64,000 nt of DNA from Octopus sinensis (taxonomy: Eukaryota), in contig NC_043005.1 in NCBI RefSeq assembly GCF_006345805.1, positions 30,442,001 through 30,506,000 of the forward strand, read 5' to 3'. Of the stretch, positions 50,081 to 64,000 are shown piece after piece. A program made the position numbers and the translations under genes. The notes below the pieces were generated by a model that did no database searches, was not told where the DNA came from, and saw only the letters and a program-made list of their open reading frames with translations. Each line of letters starts with the position of its first letter. Positions within the stretch are counted from its first letter, which is position 1.

Positions 50081-51191
50081 CTAGAAATAGTAGAGCACAG
50101 ACACTGAAACATTAGGATAAACAATTCATGCAGTGATGAAATGTGAACTAAAGAAAGCTGATGCTGTGTTCACCACCACCGCCACTACCACCACCACCAC
50201 CACCACCACCATACATAGGTCTACATTTGACAAGGGCAAATCTATCTACAGAAATGGTAACAATATCGGAAATGTTGAAAACTGAACATTTGAATTTGTG
50301 AAAAATCTTGATGTGATACAGGAAAATAGATTTCATTTTTGAAATTAGCACCCCGAAATTAATTTGGAAACATGTCTCCAACACCAAACAACAGAAAACA
50401 TGTTTCCCAATTTTAAAGGTGAAGAAGAATTGGTAGTTGTTGGAGTGTTGGATCGAATGCTTTGTAGTGTTTGTTGTGACTCACTGCACCCTGAGTTCAA
50501 ATTCTGCCACAGTCATCTTTACCTTTTATCGTGTCAGGGTCAGTAAAAACATACATATCCCAGGCTGTGGATTAGTAGAACTGAAACCATGTCAAACCAA
50601 CTACTTTGTACTGTTTGATCCAGTTCTTTGAATTTTGAGCTCAAATCCTGCCATGGCTTACTTGGGAAGTAGGCTTAACCCATTGCCTGGTTTATCATCA
50701 CCATCCGATGCCTAAAATGCCTTTCAGAGTCCACTCAGCTGCAAGCATTTAGGTTAGGTTTCTGGTCTGAAGATAACTTCCCTCTCCACCTACCACCCAA
50801 CCAGTCTCAGAGGCCCTCTAACACATGGCCACTGCCTTCCCTCCTGAGTAAAAGATAAAACATTATTTACATTTGACGAATATTTGTCCTCATCTTATTT
50901 GTTGTTAACACAACGTTTCAGCTGATATACCCTCCAGTCTTCATCAGGTGTCTTGGGGAAATTTCGAACCTAGGTTCTCATTCCTAAGGTATATTTCGAT
51001 ATTATTATTATTATTATTATTATTCAGTGCCTGGAATTGAACTCAGAATCTTGGGGTTAGTAGCCTGCACTCTTAACCACTACGCCATATGCCTGATGAG
51101 GACAAATATACACCAAATGTAAATAATGTATATAATTCATCTCTTAAATATAGAACTGTAAAAAATAAAAGTTTCTCAGCTTCAAACTCAC

Positions 51192-51305
51192 CTTGTTTGC
51201 ACGAAGTAGGACTCTTGCTAGACACAGTAACTGGCGCTGACCAACTGAGAAATTCTTTCCATCTTCTTCTACATCAGAATCTAAACCATTTTTCAATGCA
51301 GTAAT
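51192..51305 (-). CDS. ABCC5: ABCC5-like exon (ABC signature), 114 bp
   Basis: CAG|[38 protein letters not shown]|GTGAGT. Confidence 0.95.
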
Positions 51306-51649
51306 CTGGAATTTAAGGTAAAATATTTTTACAAGACAGTTGTCACTCACAAACAAGAGTGGTTTGGTAACATGTAACATGCTTTCAGTAATTGTTTTAG
51401 GTGCCTGTGTTATCATGAGCTGACATTGGCACCCTCTCAACTCTCATACCTTTTGGCCCAATGCCTCATCCAGGGTGTGACTACTGTGGAAGACAGACAT
51501 GAATATTGTACTGAAGTTCAAATCCTGCCAAGATCACCTTTACTTTTCATCCTTTTGGGATCAATAAAATAAGCAACTGTCATACACGGGGGTTGATGAA
51601 ATTGACTACCCCCACCTTCTACTTATAATAGAAAGAAGGGTGATGAGCA

Positions 51650-52330
51650 GGCAAAACTGCGAACATAAGTGCAGGCATGGCTGTATAGCTTGCTCTATAA
51701 CCACATGGTTCAAGGTTCAATCCCACTGCATGGCATCTTGAGCAAGTAACTTCTACTATAGCCTTGGGCTGACCAAAGCCTTGTGAGTGGATTTGGTAGA
51801 TGGAAACTGGAAGAAGCCCATCGTATATATATATGTGTGTGTGTGTGTATGTATGTGTGTATATATGTGTGTGTGTGTGTGTGCGTGTATGCATATGTTT
51901 GTGTGTCTGTGTTAGTCCCCTCATCATCGCTTGTCAACCAATGTTGGTGTGTTTATGTCCCCATAACTTAGCAGTTTGGCAAAAGAGACCAACAGAATAA
52001 GTACTAGGCTTACAAAGAATAAGATCTGGGGTTGATTTGTTCGACTAAAGGTGGTGCTCCAGCGTGGCTGCAGTCAAATGACTGACACAACAAAAGAATA
52101 TATATATTGCATGTCTTTCTGTTTGTGTGCCCCCCACCCCACCCCATCATCACTTGACAACCAGTGTTAGTGTGTTTACGTCTTGATAACTTAGCAGTTC
52201 GGCAAAAGAGATCAATAGAATAAGTACCAAGCTTAACAAAAAAATAAGTCCTGGGATTGATTTGTTCAACTAAAAAGATGATGCTCCAGCATGGCCACAG
52301 TCACATGACTGAAACAAGTAAAATAATAAA
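51650..52330 (+). mobile_element. tRNA-derived SINE followed by a second SINE 3' half
   Basis: Head GCAGGCATGGCTG...GGTTCAATCCC. Two successive tails GCTCCAGC(G/A)TGGC...GACTGA(C/A)ACAA end at about 52085 and 52325. Confidence 0.7.
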
Positions 52331-52602
52331 AGAATGAAAGAATGCTAAATGAAATGCTTCACAAAATCTGGTCCATTTTTACATTCTGAATTCAAATACC
52401 ACCAAGGTAGACTTTGCTGTTTGTTCTTTCAGGACCAGAGGAGCACAGGGGTTGATATAATTGACTTACCCCTCCTCTCAAAATTACTGGCCTTGTCCCA
52501 ATATTACAAAGATTATCATAATTACTTAGCCCAGATCATTCTCGAATGATAAACATTTTTCTATGTAAAATATTCTTTAAATTTACAAAATAATCTACTC
52601 AC

Positions 52603-52681
52603 AGCATTCTTCATGTAACAGTTTTCCAGTGCTGACCAGATTTGTTCATCTGTGTAATTATTGAAAGGATCCAGATTGTAT
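52603..52681 (-). CDS. ABCC5: ABCC5-like exon, 79 bp
   Basis: TAG|(R)[26 protein letters not shown]|GTGAGT; the phase fits both neighbours. Confidence 0.95.
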
Positions 52682-54904
52682 CTAAAAAAATATAAGTTAT
52701 CAACTGAGCACAGTTACCAAATAAATTAATGAAATTCATTTTTATTTACTAATATATAATATATCTGTCATACAGACAGCTACAGGAATTATGGTATGGA
52801 TCTTGCTTTAGGCTAGATGTATTGTAACATTGTATATCATGAAGGACTCACACATCACTTTGAAGAAAAAGGATCCAGCAAGACACAGCTATGCGGTGTA
52901 GGAATGCAGAAAATAACCATCACTCTATGGCAGCTTGAGTGCAGGGTCAAACCTGAAGATTTCCAGTTGCATCATTTACCAATCCCTCTTGACTCTTTCC
53001 CTGTCTTTGTTTGTCTTCTGAAGAAAGTGTGAAGGTATTGGTGCTGGTGCTTTGGTTTGCGTAAGGAATTTTTTGGTAGCAGTTTGCATGGTTTGGTCAG
53101 AGGCATTCCCACTCTCTCGTCCTTCAAACTTGTCTGATGCAACAAGCAGCACAATCTGAGAAATTACCAGGATTCAAGACTTGTAAAGATTACTTTGTCT
53201 TACAAGGGCAGCAAAAGAGCTGAAGAGCTTCATCTTCTCTGGATGTCACCTGGGTTGACTGTAAGTAAGCTTCTAGATGCAATTCCATGACACACTAATT
53301 AGCCCAGAACTGGGACCCTGAGAGGCCCTACCACTCTGGGTCAGAATAGACCTGGAAACAATAATGGCTAAGAAGTGATCCCACACTCCACAAAACCCTA
53401 CAACTTCTGTAATGCCAACTACTTTACAGAATGTACAGAGTGCATTTTACATGGCGTCAGCACCAGTAAGTTCATCACACACACAAACACACATACATGC
53501 ACATACTTATGCATGCACGCACAATACATACCTACATGCATACATACAAAAATACCCTGTTGTTGATGTTGAAGTTGCAATGAAGGAGCCTTGAATCTAG
53601 GTTAGAAACCAGCTCTTTCTCTATTGGCAAGAAATCTTGAAATAAAACTAAATAATGACATATATATACACATGCATACATACAAGCATGCATGCTTACA
53701 TGCATACATACATGCATACAAGCATGCATGCATACATATATATATGCACACATGCATGCATGCATACATAATGCACACATGCATATATGTCTGCATACAT
53801 ATGTACATATATACAAGCATGAATGCATACATACACAATGCATGCATAATACATGCACACATGTATGTATGTATGCATGCATACATGCATACATGTAGAC
53901 ATGGTATCTAGTAAATTTCCCTGACAAAATTTTAGATGACCTGGAGCTATTGTAGAAGATATGAATGTGCTGTGCAGAGGGTTCAAACCCAAAGTAAATG
54001 TTGGAAACAAAGTTTTTAACCACAAAGCCATACTTGCGGCCATTAATACCAATGAAGAATAAATGTTTATGAAAAGAGAACATGAGAGGATGTTAAGAAG
54101 GAGATAAACTGATGTAGGAGATGAAGAGGGATTAGTTAAGTTAGCTCTGAGAGATTTGGCTTCATTGGAACAAAACAATTAGAAACAGGTTTTATTGCAG
54201 ATCAATTCAACTTGCACAAGTGTGTATTGACTAGATTATCAGATGTCCCCATTCACCAAGCCCTTTCTTCTATACAGAAGAGAAGGTTTCTGTACCAATC
54301 TCTTCAATTAATGATGTAATCAAAAAAAATCCATGACACAGAAGGCAAAGGAAAGATCCATGCCTTAGAATATCATTAAGAGAACATATCCAAAATGAGG
54401 TGATTTAAGAACACAGTGGATGTGATCACAGAATACCAACAATAAAAACAGTACAATAAACATGATGACATGGAGAGAAGAAGGAGAGGATGTGTGTGTC
54501 TAGGTGGTGGTGGCGGTGGCGGCAGTGGTGGTGGTGGTGGCGGCGGCGGCGGCGGCGGTGGTGGTGGTGGTGGTGGTGGTGCAGGTTAAGTAATGGAGAG
54601 GTTAATAAGACATTACCATAAGATTCGTAAGTGTGGAAATGAAATATGTTTAGTGGGTGCAAACACAGGATCAGCCTAGGATGTTGAAAGCATTTTCACT
54701 GTCCCCTTCAAATTTAAGGGAGTACAAGCAGCCCACCTGCACCCTCAGTTCTCAAGCCTATGATAAGACTGTATCAAGGTAGGAATGGTGAAGAAGAGAC
54801 AGGCAGAGTATTTTCTGTGAAAAATGGGTTTTGAATAGAAGAACAGTGTTTATTAAAAAGGCAAAATATTTGTGAGTAATAAACTATAAATATGTGATCA
54901 ATAC

Positions 54905-55064
54905 CTAATAGTTCCAATAAACAGAACTGGATCCTGGGGTATAATCGATATTCTGGACCTCAGCTCTTTGAGACTAATTTCAGTAATGTCTTGTCCTCCA
55001 ATTGAGATTGTTCCAGAAGAGGGTTCAACCATTCGGAAAAGTGCAAGTCCAAGAGATGATTTCC
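54905..55064 (-). CDS. ABCC5: ABCC5-like exon (end of Walker A, Q-loop), 160 bp
   Basis: TAG|(G)[17 protein letters not shown]...[19 protein letters not shown](R)|GTATTG. Confidence 0.95.
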
Positions 55065-55409
55065 CTAGAAACATGATTTAAGGAAACTGTGTCATTCAAA
55101 AAACAGGAGATTAAACATTTTAATACAGTCTTGCTTCAATAACTTGTTTGTGTTGGGCAGGTTGTGTGTGTGTGGGGGTCTGTGTGTGTGTGTGAGTGTG
55201 TGAGAGAGAGTGTGTGTGTGTGTGCGTGTGTGAGTGGATTTGGTAAGTTGTATCTACATATGCCCAGTCATAGAGTGACCAATGATTTCACATCCATAAA
55301 ATGCTTAGCTTTATGGACGCCATGTTAGACTCTAATGGCAGAGGGCATGTAATTTCTCTTCAAACTAGAGGCGGAAAATCATTTCAGTCAGTTAATTTGT
55401 AAGCAAAGA

Positions 55410-56900
55410 ATATTGTTTCAATGTGGGTAAAACAATCTGACCCCAAGGGTTCCTTCGACCTGGCGATGGGAGCCTACAACAGTGCCAACATTTGTGACCT
55501 CATTCGGCTATACATCCTGGACACCTTAGGGAAGAAGTTCCCTTCAGTCCTCTTCCGTCTATACAGAGATGATGCCCTAACCATCTCTACAAGAACCAAT
55601 GGACACTCCCTTGATAGACTTTGAAGGAACCTGATTAGTGCCCTAGGTTCCATGGGACTCAAAATATCTATTGAGACCAACCACAACATCGTAGACTTCC
55701 TAGATGTCATGCTAGACTTGGGCTGTGGTTCAGACAGGACCTACTACAAGCTAAATGAGAGGCTGTCTTACATCAATACAGCCTCCTTCCACCCGCCTAT
55801 TGTGTTCAAGAACTTAGTGAAGGGTATCAGCAAGAGGAACTCAAATCTATATTCAAATCAATAAATTTTCGACACACTGACATCCTGTGGGTTTAAGGAC
55901 TGCATCTCCTATATGCCAGAACCTAGCACCCACCAAAGGAAGCACAACATTTGGTTTACCCCACCCTTCTCACTCAATGTTAAGACTTGTGTGAGAAGAA
56001 TATTCCTTAGGTTAGTAGACACACAGGTACAGATATTTGTTCAATAGGCACAACCTAAGTGTCTCCTTTAGTTGTGCACCCAACATGTAAAGTATATTGG
56101 CAAACACCCATAAAACATGAACAGAGGCTGGTTGCTCATGTAAGGTAGGGGGTAATGTGAGGCTGAGGGAGTCGTATATGAGACTATGATGTTATCCAGC
56201 CCTAGCAATCAGAGTAATAGCAGCAGCAGCTCAACCAACAACACCATCAATGACAACACTGACAATGGTAGTGCAGTGGTGGAAACAATGCATTAAGCAG
56301 TAGAAACATCAGCACTGACAACAATGACTGCAACACCAACACCAGTGCTACAGCTGGAGATGACGACTACACCAGCACCAGCAGCACCAGTGAAGATACC
56401 AATCCCATGACCAGTATTAACAGTGATAGCAGCCACAAAAGAAAGTGCTTTGGTCAGTAACCCTTTTGATGTAGACGGGTAAAAATCAACTACATGGAAT
56501 TGGGTGAACCTTTCCCTACCTCTTCCTTGCTGACATTAAACCATGAGGTCACTTCATTGGTGCTACACCATAACGAAAGGTTAGTGGCCCTTCTTATGTT
56601 GCTATTGATATTTCTCAATATTTATTTGGTCACCAGAGCAGTCTTGGATTTGGCCGGATCGATTAGGCAGCACTTAGGGTGCAAGAAAGGAGGTATGTAA
56701 CATTGCTGGCTAGCCATGTCTGGCAACTAAAGGATGATGGAATTCCACATACGATTTCATGGAAAATACTCAAACAACCAAGCCCCTACATAAAATTCAC
56801 AAGAATTGGAAAAGATTTGCTCATACCAGGGGCCACACTTACTCCAGAACAGAGATTTTTGGGCCATGTTTGCACTTTAGGAAATTTCTGCTGGCTTTTT
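55410..56900 (+). mobile_element. Rearranged Penelope-like element (RT and EN remnants)
   Basis: FDLAMGAY...LYRDDAL, VDFLDVMLDL, SFHPPIVFKNL, IWFTPPFS, then LASHVWQLKDDG...ISWKIL. Confidence 0.85.
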
Positions 56901-57236
56901 GGGAACCAGAAGTTGATACCTTATAGGAGACAGAGATAATTGCTTATTGTTTACCCTCATAGGCAGGTGATGGTGGCATGGCTGGAAGTTGATAGCCATT
57001 AGCAAAGGGAGATAATCCCCTTGTTTACTCTTGCTTTTTGTAATAAAATTCTTTCTCCTCCATATTTTAAAGAGGTCTTAGGTCAACAGGTATTTGGGGT
57101 CTGACGACATGCCATAAAGTTTAACACTTTATGGATGGGAAATCCAAGGTAACCCCGTAAACTAGCCTTCACCAGATAAAAATATACACTGCTCTATTTC
57201 TTAGAGTGTGCTTCTCTGGATTTATGTTTTTCTAAT

Positions 57237-58520
<1,284 letters not shown>

Positions 58521-58653
58521 ATTTTTAAAAAAACATACAAATTTCCACACGAAAGCACGTAACTTCAAATGTGTCTTCTCTGATGTGAATTTGCTACCCA
58601 GGTATCAGTTAACCGAATTATCCATAACAAGATAATTCATTCAACTACTCAAA

Positions 58654-58729
<76 letters not shown>

Positions 58730-58758
58730 AATACTTATACATATACACACACACACAC

Positions 58759-58812
<54 letters not shown>

Positions 58813-59809
58813 GGGGGAGAGAAAGAGAGAGAAGGAGGGAGAGAAAAAGATAGAGATTGACACAGTCTTCTGACTTGCCAGTTCTTGTCAAACCATTCAA
58901 CCGATGCCAGCATGGAAAAGAGTTAAAAGATGATGATGGTGATGATGATGATGAAGATGATGTCATAAGAATTTAGAAACTTTGAAATTAGAAATGTCAA
59001 GAGATGTGAAATAATTTGTTTTCGACTGAAGAATTCAAACTAAAGCTATAAATAACAGCACATAAATATTGGCTTAAAAACCTTTTTGGTGAGAAAAGGT
59101 TGAAATCTGTTCATGGGACAAAACCCTTGTCTTCTGTTAGGTTTTTAACCTAATATTTACATGCTGCTATTTATAGTAGGGTCCACTCTGAGATATCCAG
59201 TTAAAAACGAATTATTCATTTACGTGTGTGTGTGTCCTACCTTTTATCTTTGCATTAGACACCCTCCAGTCATAGTTAATTGTTATCAAATCATTTATAA
59301 ATACAGAGACTGCTGTTAATTGCAGGCTTTCTTGGAAGTGTCTAATGTTAATCATCTTCCATCATGGTTAATAAATAACCCCTGGTATCTATATTCAACC
59401 ATCCTCATTTGTCTTTTGTTGGGTGGTGGGGAATACTTCTTAAGGCCAACTCTCTGTTTCCAGTAAACGTCATCATCATCCATCATCGTTTAACATCTGC
59501 CTTCCATGCTGGCATGGGTTGGATGGTTTCACAGGAGCTGGCCAGGCAGATGATTGCATCAGACTTCTGTTGTGTCTATTTTGGCACGGTTTTTACAGCT
59601 GGATGCCCTTCCTAACACCAATTACCCAGCCGAGTGGACTTTGTGCTTTTTACGTGGTACAAGCACAGGCAAGGTCAATTTTGGTAGAGTTTTTACAGTT
59701 GGATGCCCTTCCAAATACCAACCACTGTATCTAATCTAAAAGCCAAGATATACATGGTAAATATATTAAAAAAGAATTTTGTTACTGATCTGTTATTATT
59801 GGAACTCAC

Positions 59810-60002
59810 CTGAGCCTGATCTTCCAGCAATTCCAAGTTTTTGTCCTGGCAATACTTGTAAATGTATCTTCTTCAGTGTGTTTGGCAAATCACTGCGATA
59901 TCGCATGCTATAATCCTCAAACATGATATGACCAATGTCCATCCAGGTGGGAGAAAGATTAGTTGTTGGTTCAATTTCAAAGCTTTGCAACTCCTCACCA
60001 AC
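59810..60002 (-). CDS. ABCC5: ABCC5-like exon (NBD2 start, Walker A), 193 bp
   Basis: TAG|VGEELQS...W...G.I.FEDYSMRYRSDLPNTLKKIHLQVLPGQKLGIAGRSGS(G)|GTGAGT. Confidence 0.95.
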
Positions 60003-60090
60003 CTAGGTAATATTAGAAAATTACTATTTTTAAATCTCACAACTAGAGATATTCAGCAACAGTACTTTGGTGTAAAGGTTGTTTGTCAAC

Positions 60091-60422
60091 ATAACATGGC
60101 AGTCCTGGTTTAGGACGAATGTTGCTGTAATTTAGCTCCAAGAGACATCATCTCCAGCTGGCTATATGACATGATCTGTGTCCTTATATTTTCAAACAAG
60201 GGAATCTAGAACCCCCACTCAGCTCAAAACAAAATCTGTGTATCGCGATTTCTGGGTTATTTCTCTTCAACAGCAGATATTGTTTTGAGCTGAGTGGAGG
60301 TACTAGATTCCCTTGTCTGAAAAATGTAAGGACACAAATTGTGTCGTATAGTCAACTGGAGACGATGTCTCCTGGGGTTAAATTACAGCAACATTCATCC
60401 TAAACCAGGACTGCCATGTTAT
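60091..60422. mobile_element. Fold-back/MITE-like element with about 150-bp imperfect arms
   Basis: ATAACATGGCAGTCCTGGTTTAGGA... (60091-60238) is inverted against 60273-60422. Confidence 0.85.
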
Positions 60423-61625
60423 AACAACTTTTACTCCTAGATATTGTTGCCTGAAATGAAACAAGTTTTAATAATTTAAGTGTGTCTTGGGAAATTACAT
60501 CAATAAGAAATACAAACTTTGATTCTGTTTCCCTCCGTTGATTATTATTAGTCAGTTAACTATTTAACCAATTAACTGATCAAATATTCAATTAATTGTT
60601 CAGTAAATCAATCAATTAGCTAAGTTCATCAGAGTCCTTTCATCACCATTCATGACCTCATTAGAGACAAGCCCCTTTCCATTTCAGGTCAAACAACCAA
60701 TTAGTTAAGAAGAAGAAGAAGAAGAAAAAGAAGAACAACAACAACAACAAAAAAGAAGTGAAACAGAACCAATGAGTGTGTTTATTATTGACATAATGAC
60801 CCCTATATAAAATATCATCAGTAAAATCCCTCGCTGCCAACACTGGAAGATCCTCACCAAAAAAACCAGATCACATCAATTTACATTCCAATCAGGGTGG
60901 CAGATACTCTCTGCCCTCCTCAGCAAATTGGAACATGATATCTTGCTCAAACACTTCAAAACTTTTTGGTGCCACCTTGTATCCTCAACAAGACTAAAGA
61001 GTTCTCTTGGCCTATTTTTTTTTACCATTCATTTACTATTTTACAGAGTATTTGGCACATGTTATTGTAGCAGCAGCACCAGTGATGTTGCAACTGATGT
61101 TTAGAAAACACTGCCTTTTGTTTCAACAAATTTTTAAAATAAAGAATTTAGTAAAATATTTTGTGATTATTATTCTGGTGTTTTAAACATAAATTAACAT
61201 GGAATTTTGATGGAAGGTTTTCATCTCAATCCTTTGAAATAGGAAGTTTGTATCATAGAACCAGGAATAGTCTCAGACAGGTTGGTATCAAAAGAGTTAA
61301 AGAGCATGAAAATTAAGAAGAAAACAAAAGAAACTTCACGAGGCTTTTACAATCTGCTCAATAACTGTCAGCAGATGGTCACTAAATCAGTGCCCATGAG
61401 ACAGCAGGACAATGGAACAGAGAACAGACTCTAAGTTTACATCTATGAATGTCTAACTTCTCATTGGTCTTATTAAATACCAAGTGTATTCTTTACAATG
61501 GCAACCATTATTTTGAGAAAAGCTATTTCTATATGATGGGCTTTTAGAAGTGAAGCTGAATGTCATGTTAGAAAATGATTTTTTGGTTGTTTTACTTAAT
61601 GTATGAATGAAAAGAAATATATTAC

Positions 61626-61715
61626 CTTGATATATTCTGCAACTCTTTTCACAGAGTCAAACCTTGCAGCTGCGTCAATCAGAAGCCGTATAACAAAATA
61701 GCACATTCCTATAAA
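61626..61715 (-). CDS. ABCC5: ABCC5-like exon (end of TMD2), 90 bp; upstream exons lie beyond the window or were not recognised
   Basis: CAG|FIGMCYFVIRLLIDAAARFDSVKRVAEYIK|GTAAT aligns with ABCC5 LTGLFQFTVRLASETEARFTSVERINHYIK. The junctions of all six exons fall at the peptide positions I recall for vertebrate ABCC5. Confidence 0.88.
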
Positions 61716-62009
61716 CTGAAAAAAAAAAGACAAAACAAAAGCAACAACATATGTAGTAAAAACAAGTATTTAACAAATACAATATTTTGGGTCAACAACA
61801 TGTGTGGTGTTAGCAAAAATGTCAGTTTGAAACAAATCAAGAATGTATTTGCCACAGCCTGAAAACATCTTAATTGATTTCCCAAACAGAATTTCAAGTT
61901 CAACTAACACAGAGTTTAGCAACCAAATTTTCTCACACACCCAACTTTGATTTTCAGCAAAAATTCATTCCCCCAACCATAAACAGAGAAAATTAGCACA
62001 TATCATCAT

Positions 62010-62360
62010 CGTTGTCATCGTCGTCATCATCGTTTAACGTCTGTTTTCTATGCTGGCATGGGTTGGACGTCCATTTTCCATGCTGGCTGCACCAGACTCC
62101 AATCTGATCTGGTAAGGTTTCTACAGCTGGATGCCCTTCCTATTGCCAACAACTCTGAGAGTGTAGTGAGTGCTTTTTACGTGCTACTGGCACAGGAGTC
62201 AGTCAGGCAGTCCTGGTATCGATCACATTCAGATAGTGCTTTTTATGTGTCACCGGCATGGAAGCCAGTCAGTGGGCACTGGCCACAGCTACGATTTTGG
62301 TTTTACTGGACAAAACAGGTCTTCTCAACCTGTTTTAAATGGGCCAGACATGCAACACTG
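62010..62360 (-). mobile_element. RTE-tailed SINE/LINE 3' end; related copies at 59475-59730 (-) and 58880-58960 (+)
   Basis: Shared (CAT)nCGTTTAACGTCTGTTTTCTATGCTGGCATGGGTTGGA block, the reverse complement of the RTE tail at 47900-47990. Confidence 0.65.
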
Positions 62361-63151
62361 GCATCGGCCATGGCTATGATGAGAGGAGAAAATGAAGGTG
62401 TGGTACTTCCTCACACAGTTGTCCTCATCCATACATGTGATACTGCTGCTGCTGATGAAGATGGCTGTTCACTCATGACCGAAGAAGACCATCACTGACC
62501 ATTGCCCTTACAAAATGCCTGCAATGACCATGCTTGAGGTTATTGTACCAACAGTTGCTTCACTTGGGTTTGCATCCACAGCTTACATCTTCACTGTAGC
62601 ACCCTCCTACTCAGCCAAGCATTGGAACATTACCATGCTGGCGATGGCACAACCTAAAAGTTTGGGTCCAATAAGGCTTGCACAGTTCCTCACAGACCCT
62701 CTCCATTCTACTGACATTATCCAGAGACAAGCCAGGGCAAGATAACCAGTGCCAATATGGGTCACAGGCCCAGGAATGTTGGAGCACCATGATCTCAAAA
62801 GTATGTAAAAGATCCCTGAAACGTTCAGTGCCATTCCTTTCATACCTGGTTTTATATCAGTGTGACTTTCTCCTCGAGATATGCTTTAGCAAAAACTGAG
62901 GGGTACCGGGTTAGTTGCCAACAACCTGACCATGCAACAGGTTATACTGGATTCCATGTTACCAGTAGCACTCGTGAGAGACCTCACAAGTGACCTTGCA
63001 CACACGCATACAATACACACACACACACACACACACACACATATTTGGAAGAAGTTTTAATTAAAACATTATTGCAAATTTTATTCACTTGTTATTTATT
63101 TAAGCTTCATTCTGAAGTAATCAATGCCCCACCTTAAAAAACACTGATTTT

Positions 63152-63187
<36 letters not shown>

Positions 63188-63779
63188 ATGCACATGCATT
63201 TGTGTGTAGTTTTTATTGCTTATCCCCAGCCAGTCCTCATTGACCAAGCAAATTTTTGATCAACTGACTGAAGTCTTTTATTCAGAGACAGTATATCTAG
63301 TACTACATCATACAATGTGTCCTTTTTCAAAGGCCTACAGAATATGATTTTGAGCAAGATTTGGCTGCTATTTCTAGTAGTGTAGCATGACTTATTATAT
63401 AGAGGCTTCCTGATGATCTTATGGTAACCAAGCTGAAATGCCATTCAGAATAAAAAAGCAAAAATGTTTTCCTGCACTCTTCTTGGGGTCAAATAATTGC
63501 ACATATTAAATCTTGGTGACAAAAATCTGGATTGAGGACAGAAACGTATCTGAACAAGGTTTCTTAAAAACTTCATAAAAATACACCAAATCCAGTCAGA
63601 CTTTTAGCTACAGTTAGGATAATACCAATGCCTGGATAGTGGAAATGACCACTGTCTGGTTGTTTTAAATAAGTTTCTAATGTAGTCCTGTTTTATGGCA
63701 TGATACATTTCTATCATGTTTGTTTTATAACCACCACCGTCTTTTAAAAAGCATATAAGAAGAGCAAGGAGGAGAGGAG

Positions 63780-63849
<70 letters not shown>

Positions 63850-64000
63850 TTCAAGACAATTCATTGCCTAAGACATTTTATGCTTGAAAAATTATTTGTG
63901 AAGTGATTTGTACATGATGAGAGGCATCTGTAAACCTTTACTTAAGTAGAGCTCACTGCTTCACAACAAATCTTTAGTCAACTAGAGCTCACTGCATCAC

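Noticed and set aside
54426-54662. His/Arg-run ORF
   Set aside because: A (GGT)n/(GGC)n microsatellite inside an ABCC intron.
62490-62900. Additional ABCC exon or separate gene
   Set aside because: No ABCC transmembrane similarity in any frame. It is probably a decayed repeat that I could not classify.
63560-63680. Hydrophobic peptide GIGIILTVAKSLTGFGVFL as the upstream ABCC exon
   Set aside because: It does not match the expected ...GLAISYAVQ ending and lacks a phase-0 donor.

Overview
AT-rich, microsatellite- and transposon-dense animal genomic DNA. The repeat repertoire (tRNA-derived SINEs, RTE/CR1/Dong-R4/Tx1 LINEs, Penelope, Helitron, Tc1/mariner, Gypsy) and the gene sequences suggest an octopus or other coleoid cephalopod; this is inference. 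Two host genes lie on the minus strand: (i) the large first coding exon of an HHIP-like gene (19426-20379), whose downstream exons were not found in the window, and (ii) the last six coding exons of an ABCC5-like ABC transporter (61715 down to 48353), with intact NBD2 motifs and GT-AG junctions. Non-obvious elements include: a decayed U6 snRNA copy; several minimal type-I hammerhead-ribozyme motifs carried by Penelope-like repeats, three in sense orientation within ABCC introns; a 9-bp-TSD element with 267-bp TIRs and internal telomere-type repeats; several long fold-back hairpins; an in-frame 33-bp minisatellite expansion in a LINE zinc-finger linker; and CpG decay of repeats confined to the ABCC side of the window. 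No CRISPR array, rRNA or intact tRNA gene is supported. Most short ORFs in the track are microsatellite artefacts. All motif and family calls were made by eye, without database searches.
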